Assembly (NCBI GenBank): GCA_040954595.2 | Contig: CM082582.2 | Coordinates: 682,001 to 746,000 of the forward strand | DNA length: 64,000 nucleotides | Source of the DNA: Balanoglossus misakiensis | Taxonomy: Eukaryota > Animalia > Hemichordata | Direction: 5' to 3' | Shown here: positions 25,201 to 40,200 of the stretch, in pieces | How positions within the stretch are numbered: the stretch's first letter is position 1 | Layout of the letters: each line of letters begins with the position of its first letter | Program-made: the position numbers and the translations under genes | Notes under the pieces: generated by a model | What the model was told of the DNA's origin: nothing | The model's database searches: none | Seen by the model: only the letters and a program-made list of their open reading frames with translations

Positions 25201-28200
25201 AAAATGACATTTTCAAGGAAAATTTGGTAAAACGCAATTTTGTCTGCAGTGAGCCAAATTAGACGGTCTTTTGTGGAATTTGTATCGATATATACATACG
25301 AAGAGCATTCTATACTCCATCAGATTTCCAAAAATGTAGAAAACAGGTATTTTTTGTAATTTTCAAAAATTTACCATTTTGACCAAATTGTGGCTAAAAT
25401 TGTTATTTTCGTGTTGAATGCCGCCAGTGTCACTGCTTTTAAAAGTCATAAAAACTTTTAACATACAAGCAATTGTTTATATATGATCAGGTAACCGAAT
25501 TAAAAAAATAAAGAATGTTTTGCCTAAAAATGACCTTTTTGGTGCAAAAACGAATAAAACGCAATTTTGTATTAAATCAGCTCATTCAGAGTGCATTTTT
25601 TATAATCAGCACCATTTTTACATTTATTGGAAATTTCATACATCATCAGATATCCAAATATGAAAAAATGATTTAGATTTTAGATGATTGTCCAAAATTA
25701 GCTGATATCTAATAAATGTAGTATTGAACCGTTCTGTCCCCCCCCCCCCTACATTATATGCGGTACGCCGATGTCAGCTTACCCGGCAGTACTGCAGGCC
25801 GTGCCCCCAAATAACGTCGGTGTGTGAAACGCCCTGGTTAAATTCGGGCTTTCTCTATAAATTAACAGGCAATAATGCAGTCCTACCCGAACAAATGTCG
25901 AGTGTTGACCCGCTGTGACTTTCCCTCTTCGGTTTGCCCGACTTAGCCAACGTCTTTGTACTAATGTGTCGGGTCTTTTGCAGAGCCAGGCCGAAGGAAA
26001 TCCGACTTGATCACCGTTGCTAACGAACGCTAGTGTCTGTCATGGTGTGCCGGGGTTTTAGTCGAGCCAGGCCGTAGGAGATCTGACTTGATCATCGTGG
26101 TCAATGTACGCGTGTTTCCGCTCTAAAGTGCCGGGGCTTCAGCTAAACCATGCCGTAGGAAATCCGACGTAATCACCGTTGATAACTTACGCCAGTCTGT
26201 GTCATATAGAGCCGGTGCACCAGCCGAATCACGCCGTAGGAAATCTGACTTGATCAACGTGGTCAATGTACGCCTGTTTCTGCTCTAGAGTGCCGGGGCT
26301 TCAGCTGAGCCAGGCCGTAGGAAACCCGACGTGATTACCGTTGTTAACTTACGCCAGTCTGTGTCCTATATATAGTGCCGGGGCATCAGCCGTGCCAGGC
26401 CGAAGGAAATGTGAGTAGATCAACGTGGTCTCTGTACGCGTGTTTCTGCTCTAGAGTGCCGGGGCTTTATCCAAGCCATGCCGTAGAAAATCTGACTTGA
26501 TCACCGTTGCTAACGTACGATAGTGTCTGTCATAGTGTGCCGGGGTTTTAGTCGAGCCAAGCCGTAGGAGATCAGACTTCATCAACGTGGTCTCTGTACG
26601 CGTGTTTCTGCTCTAGAGTGCCGGGGCTTTATCCAAGCCATGCCGTAGAAAATCTGACTTGATCACCGTTGCTAACGTACGCTAGTGTCTGTCATATTGT
26701 GACGGAGATTTAGCCGAGCCAGGCCGTAGAAAAATCGACTTGTTCAACGTTACTTGTGTGCAACTGTTTCTGCTCTAGAGTGTCAGGGTTTTAGCCGACT
26801 TATGCTGTAGGAAATCTGAGTTGATGAACGGGAATTCAATGTTAGAAAACCCGTGTGGAAAGTATCTCCTCCCGTTTGAAACTAAGAAAAGAATTTATTC
26901 TTATTTATTTTGTTAAAAAGACAATTTTTCGAAAAAAAGTCGAAAATGGTAATTTTGTCTTGGGTGATTCAAATTATACCACCTTTTCTGGAATTTGCAG
27001 CACTTTTTACAAGAGAACGACACTTCATGCTCCATAATATTTCCGAAAATGAAGAAAATAGTTAATTTTTTATGATTTTTTAAAAATTTACCATTTTTGT
27101 CAAAATATGGCCAAAATGGCTATTTTTTCTTGAATTCCGTCAATATCTCTGCATTTTTGGAGTGGTCGAAAGTTTTAACATACAATCAACATGTCATATA
27201 TGATCAGGGCACCACATTTGAAGAACAAAGGTTTTTTTATTTTTTTTTCTAAAAATGACATTTTCAAGGAAAATTTGGTAAAACGCAATTTTGTCTGCAG
27301 TGAGCCAAATTAGACGGTCTTTTGTGGAATTTGTATCGATATATACATACGAAGAGCATTCTATACTCCATCAGATTTCCAAAAATGTAGAAAACAGGTA
27401 TTTTTTGTAATTTTCAAAAATTTACCATTTTGACCAAATTGTGGCTAAAATTGTTATTTTCGTGTTGAATGCCGCCAGTGTCACTGCTTTTAAAAGTCAT
27501 AAATACTTTTAACATACAAGCAATTGTTTATATATGATCAGGTCACCGAATTAAAAAAATAAAGAATGTTTTGCCTAAAAATGACCTTTTTGGTGCAAAA
27601 ACGAATAAAACGCAATTTTGTATTAAATCAGCTCATTCAGAGTGCATTTTTTATAATCAGCACCATTTTTACATTTATTGGAAATTTCATACATCATCAG
27701 ATATCCAAATATGAAAAAATGATTTAGATTTTAGATGATTGTCCAAAATTAGCTGATATCTAATAAATGTAGTATTGAACCGTTCTGTCCCCCCCTTACA
27801 TTATATGCGGTACGCCGATGTCAGCTTACCCGGCAGTACTGCAGGCCGTGCCCCCAAATAACGTCGGTGTGTGAAACGCCCTGGTTAAATTCGGGCTTTC
27901 TCTATAAATTAACAGGCAATAATGCAGTCCTACCCGAACAAATGTCGAGTGTTGACCCGCTGTGACTTTCCCTCTTCGGTTTGCCCGACTTAGCCAACGT
28001 CTTTGTACTAGAGGGTCGGGTCTTTTGCCGAGCCAGGCCGAAGGAAATCCGACTTGATCACCGTTGCTAACGAACGCTAGTGTCTGTCATGGTGTGCCGG
28101 GGTTTTAGTCGAACCAGGCCGTAGGAAATCTGACTTGATCAACGTGGTCAATGTACGCGTGTTTCCGCTCTAAAGTGCCGGGGCTTCAGCTAAACCATGC

Positions 28201-30090
28201 CGTAGGCAATCCGACGTAATCACCGTTGATAACTTACGCCAGTCTGTGTCATATAGAGCCGGTGCACCAGCCGAATCACGCCGTAGGAAATCTGACTTGA
28301 TCAACGTGGTCAATGTACGCCTGTTTCTGCTCTAGAGTGCCGGGGCTTCAGCTGAGCCAGGCCGTAGGAAACCCGACGTGATTACCGTTGTAAACTTACG
28401 CCAGTCTGTGTCCTATATATAGTGCCGGGGCATCAGCCGTGCCAGGCCGAAGGAAATGTGAGTAGATCAACGTGGTCTCTGTACGCGTGTTTCTGCTCTA
28501 GAGTGCCGGGGCTTTATCCAAGCCATGCCGTAGAAAATCTGACTTGATCACCGTTGCTAACGTACGATAGTGTCTGTCATAGTGTGCCGGGGTTTTAGTC
28601 GAGCCAAGCCGTAGGAGATCAGACTTCATCAACGTGGTCTCTGTACGCGTGTTTCTGCTCTAGAGTGCCGGGGCTTTATCCAAGCCATGCCGTAGAAAAT
28701 CTGACTTGATCACCGTTGCTAACGTGCGCTAGTGTCTGTCATATTGTGAAGGAGATTTAGCCGAGCCAGGCCGTAGAAAAATCGACTTGTTCAACGTTAC
28801 CAGTGTGCAACTGTTTCTGCTCTAGAGTGTCAGGGTTTTAGCCGACTTATGCTGTAGGAAATTTGAGTTGATGAACGGGAATTCAATGTTAGAAAACCCG
28901 TGTGGAAAGTATCTCTACCCGTTTGGAACTATGAAAAGAATTTATTCTTATTTATTTTGTGAAACAAGACAATTTTTCGAAAAAAAGTCGAAAATGGTAA
29001 TTTTGTCTTGGGTGATTCAAATTATACCACATTTTCTGGAATTTGCAGCACTTTTTACAAGAGAACGACACTTCATGCTCCATAATATTTCCGAAAATGA
29101 AGAAAAGAGTTTATTTTTTATGATTTTTTAAAAATGTACCATTTTGTCAAAATATGGCCAAAATGGCTATTTTTTCGTGAATTCCGTCAATATCTCTGCA
29201 TTTTTGGAGTGGTCGAAAGTTTTAACATACAATCAACATGTCATATATGATCAGGGCACCAAATTCGAAGAACGAAGGTTTTTTTATTTTATTTTTCTAA
29301 AAATGACATTTTCAAGGAAAATTTGGTAAAACGCAATTTTGTCTGCAGTGAGCCAAATTAGACGGTCTTTTGTGGAATTTGTATCGATATATACATACGA
29401 AGAGCATTCTATACTCCATCAGATTTCCAAAAATGTAGAAAACAGGTATTTTTTGTAATTTTCAAAAATTTACCATTTTGACCAAATTGTGGTTAAAATT
29501 GTTATTTTCGTGTTGAATGCCGCCAGTGTCACTGCTTTTAAAAGTCATAAAAACTTTTAACATACAAGCAATTGTTTATATATGATCAGGTCACCGAATT
29601 AAAAAAATAAAGAATATTTGCCTAAAAATGACCTTTTTGGTGCAAAAACGAATAAAACGCAATTTTGTATTAAATCAGCTCATTCAGAGTGCATTTTTAT
29701 AATCAGCACCATTTTTACATATAATAGAAATTTCATACATCATCAGATATCCAAATATGAAAAGATGATTTAGATTTTAGATGATTGTCCAAAATTAGCT
29801 GATATCTGATAAATGTAGTATTGAACCGTTCTGTTTCTCCCCCCCCCCCCTACATTATATGCGGTACGCCGATGTCACCTTACCCGGCAGTACTGCAGGC
29901 CGTGCCCCCAACTAACGTCGGTGTTTGAAGCGCCCTGGTTAAATTCGGGCTTTCTCTATAAATTAACAGGCAATAATGCAGTCCTACCCGAACAAATGTC
30001 GAGTGTTGACCCGCTGTGACTTTCCCTCTTCGGTTTGCCCGACTTAGCCAACGTCTTTGTACTAGAGGGTCGGGTCTTTTGCCGAGCCAG

Positions 30091-31231
30091 GCCGAAGGAA
30101 ATCCGACTTGATCACCGTTGCTAACGAACGCTAGTGTCTGTCATCTTGTGCCGGGGTTTTAGTCGAACCAGGCCGTAGGAAATCTGACTTGATCAACGTG
30201 GTCAATGTACGCCTGTTTCTGCTCTAGAGTGCCGGGGCTTCAGCTGATCCAGGCCGTAGGAAACCCGACGTGATTACCGTTGTTAACTTACGCCAGTCTG
30301 TGTCCTATATATAGTGCGGGGCATCAGCCGTGCCAGGCCTAAGGAAATGTGAGTAGATCAATGTGGTCTCTGTACGCGTGTTTCTGCTCTAGAATGCCAG
30401 GGCTTTAGCCAAGCCATGCCGTAGGAAATCTGACTTGATCAACGTTGCTAACGAACGCTAGTGTCTGTCATAGTGTGCCGGGGTTTTAGTCGAGCCAAGC
30501 CGTAGGAGATCTGACTTGATCATCGTGGTCAATGTACGCGTGTTTCCGCTCTAAAGTGCCGGGGCTTGAGCTAAACCAGGCCGTAGGAAATCCGACGTAA
30601 TCACCGTTGATAACTTACGCCAGTCTGTGTCATATAGAGCCGGTGCACCAGCGGAGTCACGCCGTAGGACATCTGACTTGATCAACGTGGTCAATGTACG
30701 CCTGTTTCTGCTCTAGAGTGCCGGGGCTTCAGCTGAGCCAGGCCGTAGGAAACCCGACGTGATTACCGTTGTTAACTTACGCCAGTCTGTGTCCTATATA
30801 TAGTGCCGGGGCATCAGCTGTGCCAGGCCGAAGGAAATGGGAGTAGATCAACGTGGTCTCTGTACGCGTGTTTCTGCTCTAGAGTGCCAGGGCTTTAGCC
30901 AAGCCATGCCGTAGGAAATCTGACTTGATCAACGTTGCTAACGAACGCTAGTGTCTGTCATAGTGTGCCGGGGTTTTAGTCGAGCCAAGCCGTAGGAGAT
31001 CAGACTTGATCAACGTGGTCTCTGTACGCGTGTTTCTGCTCTAGAGTGCCGGGGCTTTATCCCAGCCATGCCGTAGAAAATCTGACTTGATCACCGTTGC
31101 TAACGTGCGCTAGTGTCTGTCATATTGTGACGGAGATTTAGCCGAGCCAGGCCGTAGAAAAATCGACTTGTTCAACGTTACCATTGTGCAACTGTTTCTG
31201 CTCTAGAGTGTCAGGGTTTTAGCCGACTTAT
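30091..31231 (+). repeat. Expanded 81-mer domain, 14 monomers
   Basis: 1141 bp, in a 2381 bp unit. Shares diagnostic variants GGCTTGAGCT, AGCGGAGTC, GGACATCTG and AAATGGGAGT with 3105-4246. Confidence 0.9.
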
Positions 31232-34200
31232 GCTGTAGGAAATCTGAGTTGATGAATGGGAATTCAATGTTAAAAAACCTGTGTGGAAAGTGTCTCTACC
31301 CTTTTGAAACTAAGAAAATAATTTATTCTTATTTATTTTGTAAAAATCACAATTTTTCGAAAAAAAGTCGAAAATGGTAATTTTGTCATGGGTAATTCAA
31401 ATTATACCGCCTTTTCTGGAATTTGCAGCACTTTTTACAAGAGAACGACACTTCATGCTCCATAATATTTCCGAAAATGAAGAAAAGAGTTAATTTTTTA
31501 TGATTTTTTAAAAATTTACCATTTTTGTCAAAATATGGCCAAAATTGCTATTTTTTCATGATTTCCGTCAATATCTCTGCATTTTTGGAGTGGTCGAAAG
31601 TTTTAACATACAATCAACATGTCATATATGATCAGGGCACCAAATTCGAAGAACAAAGGTTTTTTTTATTTTTTTTTCTAAAAATGACATTTTCAAGGAA
31701 AATTTGGTAAAACGCAATTTTGTCTGCAGTGAGCCAAATTGGCCGTTTTTTTTGTGGAATTTGTATCAATATATGTATACGAAGAGCATTCTATACTCCA
31801 TCAGATTTCCGAAAATGTAGAAAACAGGTATTTTTTGTAATTTTCAAAAATTTACCATTTTGACCGAATTGTGGCTAAAATTGTTCTTTTCGTGTTGAAT
31901 GCCGCCAGTGTCACTGCTTTTAAAAGTCATTAAAACTTTTAACATACAAGCAATTGTTTATATATGATCAGGTCACCGAATTTAAAGAATAAAGAATGTT
32001 TTCCCTAAAAATGACCTTTTTGGTGCAAAAACGAATAAAACGCAATTTTGTATTAAATCAGCTCATTCAGAGTGCATTTTTTATAATCAGCACCATTTTT
32101 ACATATAATGGAAATTTCATACATCATCAGATATCCAAATATGAAAAAATGATTTAGATTTTAGATGATTGTCCAAAAGTAGCTGATATCTAATAAATAT
32201 AGTATTGAACCGTTCTGTTCCCACCCCCCCCCCCCTACATTAAATGCGGTACGCCGATGTCAGCTTACCCGTCAGTACTGCAGGCCGTGCCCACAACTAA
32301 CGTCGGTGATTGAAACGCCCTGGTTAAATTCGGGCTTTCTCTATAAATTGACAGGCAATATTGTAGTCCTACCGGAACAAATGTCGAGTGTTGACCCGCT
32401 GTGACTTTCCCTCTTCGGTTTGCCCGACTTAGCCAACGTCTTTGTACTAGAGTGTCGGGTGTTTTGCAGAGCCAGGCCGCAGGAAATCCGACTTGATCAC
32501 CGTTGCTAACGAACGCTAGTGTCTGTCATGGTGTGCCGGGGTTTTAGTCGAGCCAGGCCGTAGGAGATCTGACTTGATCATCGTGGTCAATGTACGCGTG
32601 TTTCCGCTCTAAAGTGCCGGGGCTTCAGCTAAACCAGGCCGTAGGAAATCCGACGTAATCACCGTTGATAACTTACGCCAGTCTGTGTCATGTAGAGCCG
32701 GTGTACCAGCCGAGTCACGCTGTAGGAAATCTTACTTGATCAACGTGGTCAATGTACGCCTGTTTCTGCTCTAGAGAGCCGGGGCTTCAGCTGAGCCAGG
32801 CCGTAGGAAACCCGACGTGATTACCGTTGTTAACTTACGCCAGTTTGTGTCCTATATATAGTGCCGGGGCATCAGCCGTGCCAGGCCGAAGGAAATGTGA
32901 ATAGATCAACGTGGTCTCTGTACGCGTGTTTCTGCTCTAGAGTGCCAGGGCTTTAGCCAAGCCATGCCGTAGAAAATCTGACTTGATCACCGTTGCTAAC
33001 GAACGCTAGTGTCTGTCATAGTGTGCCGGGGTTTTAGTCGAACCAAGCCGTATGAGATCAGACTTGATCAACGTGGTCTCTGTACGCGTGTTTCTGCTCT
33101 GGAGTGCCGGGGCTTTATCCAAGCCATGCCGTAGAAAATCTGACTTGATCACCGTTGCTAACCTACGCTAGTGTCTGTCATATTGTGACGGAGATTTAGC
33201 CGAGCCAGGCCGTAGAAAAATCGACTTGTTCAACGTTACCAGTGTGCAACTGTTTCTGTTCTAGAGTGTCAGGGTTTTAGCCGACTTGTAGGAAATCTGA
33301 GTTGATGAACGGGAATTCAATGTTAGAAATCCGTGTGGAAAGTATCTCTACCCGTTTGGAACTAAGAAAAGAATTTATTCTTATTTATTTTGTAAAAAAA
33401 CAATATTTCGAAAAAAAGTCGAAAATGGTAATTTTGTCTTGGGTGATTCAAATTATACCGCCTTTTCTGGAATTTGCAGCACTTTTTACAAGAGAACGAC
33501 ACTTCATGCTCTATAATATTTCCGAAAATGAAGAAAAGAGTTAATTTTTTATGATTTTTTAAAAATTTACCATTTTTGTCAAAATATGGCCAAAATGGCT
33601 ATTTTTTCTTGAATTCCGTCAATATCTCAGCATTTTTGGAGTGGTCGAAAGTTTTAACATACAATCAACATGTCATATATGATCAGGCACTAAATTCGAA
33701 GAACAAAGGTTTTTTATTTTTTTTTTCTAAAAATGACATTTTCAAGGAAAATTTGGTAAAACGCAATTTTGTCTGAAGTGAGCCAAATTAGACGGTCTTT
33801 TGTGGAATTTGTATCGATATATACATACGAAGAGCATTCTATACTCCATCAGATTTCCGAAAATGTAGAAAACAGGTATTTTTTGTAATTTTCAAAAATT
33901 TACCATTTTGACCGAATTGTGGCTAAAATTGTTATTTTCGTGTTGAATGCCGCCAGTGTCACTGCTTTAAAAAGTCATAAAAACTTCTAACATACAAGCA
34001 ATTGTTTATATATGATAAGGTCACCGTATTAAAAAAATAAAGAATGTTTTGACTAAAAATGACCTTTTTGGTGCAAAAACGAATAAAACGCAATTTTGTA
34101 TTAAATCAGCTCATTCAGAGTGCATTTTTTATAATCAGCACCATTTTTACATATAATGGAAATTTCATACATCATCAGATATCCAAATATGAAAAAATGA

Positions 34201-37200
34201 TTTAGATTTTAGATGATTGTCCAAAATTAGCTGATATCTAATAAATGTAGTATTGAACCGTTCTGTCCCCCCCCCCTACATTACCTGCGGTACGCCGATG
34301 TCAGCTTACCCATCAGTACTGCAGGCCGTGCCCACAACTAACGTCGGTGTTTGAAACGCCCTGGTTAAATTCGGGCTTTCTCTATAAATTGACAGGCAAT
34401 AATGTAGTCCTACCGGAACAAATGTCGAGTGTTGACCCGCTGTGACTTTCCCTCTTCGGTTTGCCCGACTTAGCCAACGTCTTTGTACTAGAGTGTCGGG
34501 TCTTTTGCAGAGCCAGGCCGAAGGAAATCCGACTTGATCACCGTTGCTAACGAACGCTAGTGTCTGTCATGGTGTGCCGGGGTTTTAGTCGAGCCAGGCC
34601 GTAGGAGATCTGACTTGATCATCGTGGTCAATGTACGCGTGTTTCCGCTCTAAAGTGCCGGGGCTTCAGCTAAACCAGGCCGTAGGAAATCCGACGTAAT
34701 CACCGTTGATAACTTACGCCAGTCTGTGTCATGTAGAGCCGGTGTACCAGCCGAGTCACGCCGTAGGAAATCTTACTTGATCAACGTGGTCAATGTACGC
34801 CTGTTTCTGCTCTAGAGAGCCGGGGCTTCAGCTGAGCCAGGCCGTAGGAAACCCGACGTGATTACCGTTGTTAACTTACGCCAGTTTGTGTCCTATATAT
34901 AGTGCCGGGGCATCAGCCGTGCCAGGCCGAAGGAAATGTGAATAGATCAACGTGGTCTCTGTACGCGTGTTTCTGCTCTAGAGTGCCAGGGCTTTAGCCA
35001 AGCCATGCCGTAGAAAATCTGACTTGATCACCGTTGCTAACGAACGCTAGTGTCTGTCATAGTGTGCCGGGGTTTTAGTCGAACCAAGCCGTATGAGATC
35101 AGACTTGATCAACGTGGTCTCTGTACGCGTGTTTCTGCTCTGGAGTGCCGGGGCTTTATCCAAGCCATGCCGTAGCTAACCTACGCTAGTGTCTGTCATA
35201 TTGTGACGGAGATTTAGCCGAGCCAGGCCGTAGAAAAATCGACTTGTTCAACGTTACCAGTGTGCAACTGTTTCTGTTCTAGAGTGTCAGGGTTTTAGCC
35301 GACTTGTAGGAAATCTGAGTTGATGAACGGGAATTCAATGTTAGAAATCCGTGTGGAAAGTATCTCTACCCGTTTGGAACTAAGAAAAGAATTTATTCTT
35401 ATTTATTTTGTAAAAAAACAATATTTCGAAAAAAAGTCGAAAATGGTAATTTTGTCTTGGGTGATTCAAATTATACCGCCTTTTCTGGAATTTGCAGCAC
35501 TTTTTACAAGAGAACGACACTTCATGCTCTATAATATTTCCGAAAATGAAGAAAAGAGTTAATTTTTTATGATTTTTTAAAAATTTACCATTTTTGTCCA
35601 AATATGGCCAAAATGGCTATTTTTTCTTGAATTCCGTCAATATCTCAGCATTTTTGGAGTGGTCGAAAGTTTTAACATACAATCAACATGTCATATATGA
35701 TCAGGCACTAAATTCGAAGAACAAAGGTTTTTTATTTTTTTTTCTAAAAATGACATTTTCAAGGAAAATTTGGTAAAACGCAATTTTGTCTGAAGTGAGC
35801 CAAATTAGACGGTCTTTTGTGGAATTTGTATCGATATATACATACGAAGAGCATTCTATACTCCATCAGATTTCCGAAAATGTAGAAAACAGGTATTTTT
35901 TGTAATTTTCAAAAATTTACCATTTTGACCGAATTGTGGCTAAAATTGTTATTTTCGTGTTGAATGCCGCCAGTGTCACTGCTTTTAAAAGTCATAAAAA
36001 CTTTTAACATACAAGCAATTGTTTATATATGATAAGGTCACCGTATTAAAAAAATAAAGAATGTTTTGACTAAAAATGACCTTTTTGGTGCAAAAACGAA
36101 TAAAACGCAATTTTGTATTAAATCAGCTCATTCAGAGTGCATTTTTTATAATCAGCACCATTTTTACATATAATGGAAATTTCATACATCATCAGATATC
36201 CAAATATGAAAAAATGATTTAGATTTTAGATGATTGTCCAAAAGTAGCTGATATCTAATAAATGTAGTATTGAACCGTTCTGTCCCCCCCCCCCCCCTAC
36301 ATTACATGCGGTACGCCGATGTCAGCTTACCCATCAGTACTGCAGGCCGTGCCCCCAACTAACGTCGGTGTTTGAAACGCCCTGGTTAAATTCGGGCTTT
36401 CTCTATAAATTGACAGGCAATAATGCAGTCCTACCGGAACAAATGTCGAGTGTTGACCCGCTGTGACTTTCCCTGTTCGGTTTGCCCGACTTAGCCAACG
36501 TCTTTGTACTAGAGTGTCGGGTCTTTTGCAGAGCCAGGCCGAAGGAAATCCGACTTGATCACCGTTGCTAACGAACGCTAGTGTCTGTCATGGTGTGCCG
36601 GGGTTTTAGTCGAGCCAGGCCGTAGGAGATCTGACTTGATTATCGTGGTCAATGTACGCGTGTTTCCACTCTAAAGGGCCGGGGCTTCAGCTACACCAGG
36701 CCGTAGGAAATCCGACGTAATCACCGTTGATAACTTACGCCAGTCTGTGTCATATAGAGCCGGTGCACCAGCCGAGTCACGCCGTAGGAAATCTTACTTG
36801 ATCAACGTGGTCAATGTACGCCTGTTTCTGCTCTAGAGTGCCGGGGCTTCAGCTGAGCCAGGCCGTGGGAAACCCGACGTGATTACCGTTGTTAACTTAC
36901 GCCAGTTTGTGTCCTATATATAGTGCCGGGGCATCAGCCGTGCCAGGCCGAAGGAAATGTGAGTAGATCAACGTGGTCTCTGTACGCGTGTTTCTGCTCT
37001 AGAGTGCCAGGGCTTTAGCCAAGCCATGCCGTAGGAAATCTGACTTGATCAACGTTGCTAACGAACGCTAATGTCTGTCATAGTGTGCCGGGGTTTTAGT
37101 CGAGCCAAGCCGTAGGAGATCAGACTTGATCAACGTGGTCTCTGTACGCGTGTTTCTGCTCTAGAGTGCCGGGGCTTTATCCAAGCTATGCCGTAGAAAA

Positions 37201-40200
37201 TCTGACTTGATCACCGTTGCTAACGGACGCTAGTGTCTGTCATATTGTGACGGAGATTTAGCCGAGCCAGGCCGTAGAAAAATCGACTTGTTCAACGTTA
37301 CCAGTGTGCAACTGTTTCTGCTCTAGAGTGTCAGGGTTTTAGCCGACTTATGCTGTAGGAAATCTGAGTTGATGAACGGGAATTCAATGTTAGAAATCCG
37401 TGTGGAAAGTATCTCTACCCGTTTGGAACGAAGAAAAGAATGTATTCTTATTTATTTTGTAAAAAAACAATATTTCGAAAAAAAGTCGAAAATGGTAATT
37501 TTGTCTTGGGTGATTCAAATTATACCGCCTTTTCTGGAATTTGCAGCACTTTTTACAAGAGAACGACACTTCATGCTCTATAATATTTCCGAAAATGAAG
37601 AAAAGAGTTAATTTTTTATGATTTTTTAAAAATTTACCATTTTTGTCAAAATATGGCCAAAATGGCTATTTTTTCTTGAATTCCGTCAATATCTCAGCAT
37701 TTTTGGAGTGGTCGAAAGTTTTAACATACAATCAACATGTCATATATGATCAGGCACTAAATTCGAAGAACAAAGGTTTTTTATTTTTTTTTCTAAAAAT
37801 GACATTTTCAAGGAAAATTTGGTAAAACGCAATTTTGTCTGCTGTGAGCCAAATTAGACGGTCTTTTGTGGAATTTGTATCGATATATACATACGAAGAG
37901 CATTCTATACTCCATCAGATTTCCGAAAATGTAGAAAACAGGTATTTTTTGTAATTTTCAAAAATTTACCATTTTGACCGAATTGTGGCTAAAATTGTTA
38001 TTTTCGTGTTGAATGCCGCCAGTGTCATTGCTTTTAAAAGTCATAAAAAATTTTAACATACAAGCAATTGTTTATATATGATAAGGTCACCGAATTAAAA
38101 AAATAAAGAATGTTTTGACTAAAAATGACCTTTTTGGTGCAAAAACGAATAAAACGCAATTTTGTATTAAATCAGCTCATTCAGAGTGCATTTTTATAAT
38201 CAGCACCATTTTTACATATAATGGAAATTTCATACATCATCAGATATCCAAATATGAAAAGATGATTTACATTTTAGATGATTGTCAAAAATTAGCTGAT
38301 ATCTGATAAATGTAGTATTGAACCGTTCTGTCCCCCCCCCCCCCCCCAACATTATATGCGGTACGCTGATGTCAGCTTACCCGGCAGTACTGCAGGCCGT
38401 GCCCGCAACTAACGTCGGTGTTTGAAACGCCCTGGTTAAATTCGGGCTTTCTCTATAAATTGACAGGCAATAATGCAGTCCTACCGGAACAAATGTCGAG
38501 TGTTGACCCGCTGTGACTTTCCCTGTTCGGTTTGCCCGACTTAGCCAACGTCTTTGTACTAGAGTGTCGGGTCTTTTGCAGAGCCAGGCCGAAGGAAATC
38601 CGACTTGATCACCGTTGCTAACGAACGCTAGTGTCTGTCATGGTGTGCCGGGGTTTTAGTCGAGCCAGGCCGTAGGAGATCTGACTTGATCATCGTGGTC
38701 AATGTACGCGTGTTTCCGCTCTAAAGGGCCGGGGCTTCAGCTAAACCAGGCCGTAGGAAATCCGACGTAATCACCGTTGATAACTTACGCCAGTCTGTGT
38801 CATATAGAGCCGATGCACCAGCCGAGTCACGCCGTAGGAAATCTTACTTGATCAACGTGGTCAATGTACGCCTGTTTCTGCTCTAGAGTGCCGGGGCTTC
38901 AGCTGAGCCAGGCCGTGGGAAACCCGACGTGATTACCGTTGTTAACTTACGCCAGTTTGTGTCCTATATATAGTGCCGGGGCATCAGCCGTGCCAGGCCG
39001 AAGGAAATGTGAGTAGATCAACGTGGTCTCTGTACGCGTGTTTCTGCTCTAGAGTGCCAGGGCTTTAGCCAAGCCATGCCGTAGGAAATCTGACTTGATC
39101 AACGTTGCTAACGAACGCTAATGTCTGTCATAGTGTGCCGGGGTTTTAGTCGAGCCAAGCCGTAGGAGATCAGACTTGATCAACGTGGTCTCTGTACGCG
39201 TGTTTCTGCTCTAGAGTGCCGGGGCTTTATCCAACCCATGCCGTAGAAAATCTGACTTGATCACCGTTGCTAACGTACGCTAGTGTCTGTCATATTGTGA
39301 CGGAGATTTAGCCGAGCCAGGCCGTAGAAAAATCGACTTGTTCAACGTTACCAGTGTGCAACTGTTTCTGCTCTAGAGTGTCAGGGTTTTAGCCGACTTA
39401 TGCTGTAGGAAATCTGAGTTGATGAACGGGAATTCAATGTTAGAAAACCCGTGTGGAAAGTATCTCTACCCGTTTGAAACTAAGAAAAGAATTTATTCTT
39501 ATTTATTTTGTAAAAAAGACAATTTTTCGAAAAAAAGTCGAAAAATTGCAATTTTGTCTTTGGTGATTCAAATTATACCGCCTTTTCTGGAATTTGCAGC
39601 ACTTTTTACAAGAGAACGACACTTCATGCTCCATAATATTTCCGAAAATGAAGAAAAGAGTTAATTTTTTATGATTTTTCAAAAATTTACCATTTTTGTC
39701 AAAATATGGCCAAAATGGCTATTTTTCTTGAATTCCGTCAATATCTCTGCATTTTTGGAGTGGTCGAGAGTTTTAACATACAATCAACATGTCATATATG
39801 ATCAGGGCACCAAATTCGAAGAATAAAGGTTTTTTTATTTTTTTTTCTAAAAATGACTTTTTCAAGGAAAATTTGGTAAAACGCAATTTTGTCTGCAGTG
39901 AGCCAAATTAGACGGTCTTTTGTGGAATTTGTATCGATATATACATACGAAGAGCATTCTATACTCCATCAGATTTCCGAAAATGTAGAAAACAGGTATT
40001 TTTTGTAATTTTCAAAAATTTACCATTTTGACCAAATTGTGGCTAAAATTGTTATTTTCGTGATGAATGCCGCCAGTGTCACTGCTTTTAAAAGCCATAA
40101 AAACTTTTAACACACAAGCAATTGTTTATATATGATCAGGTCACCGAATTAAAAATATAAAGAATGTTTAGCCTAAAAATGACCTTTTTGGTGCAAAAAC

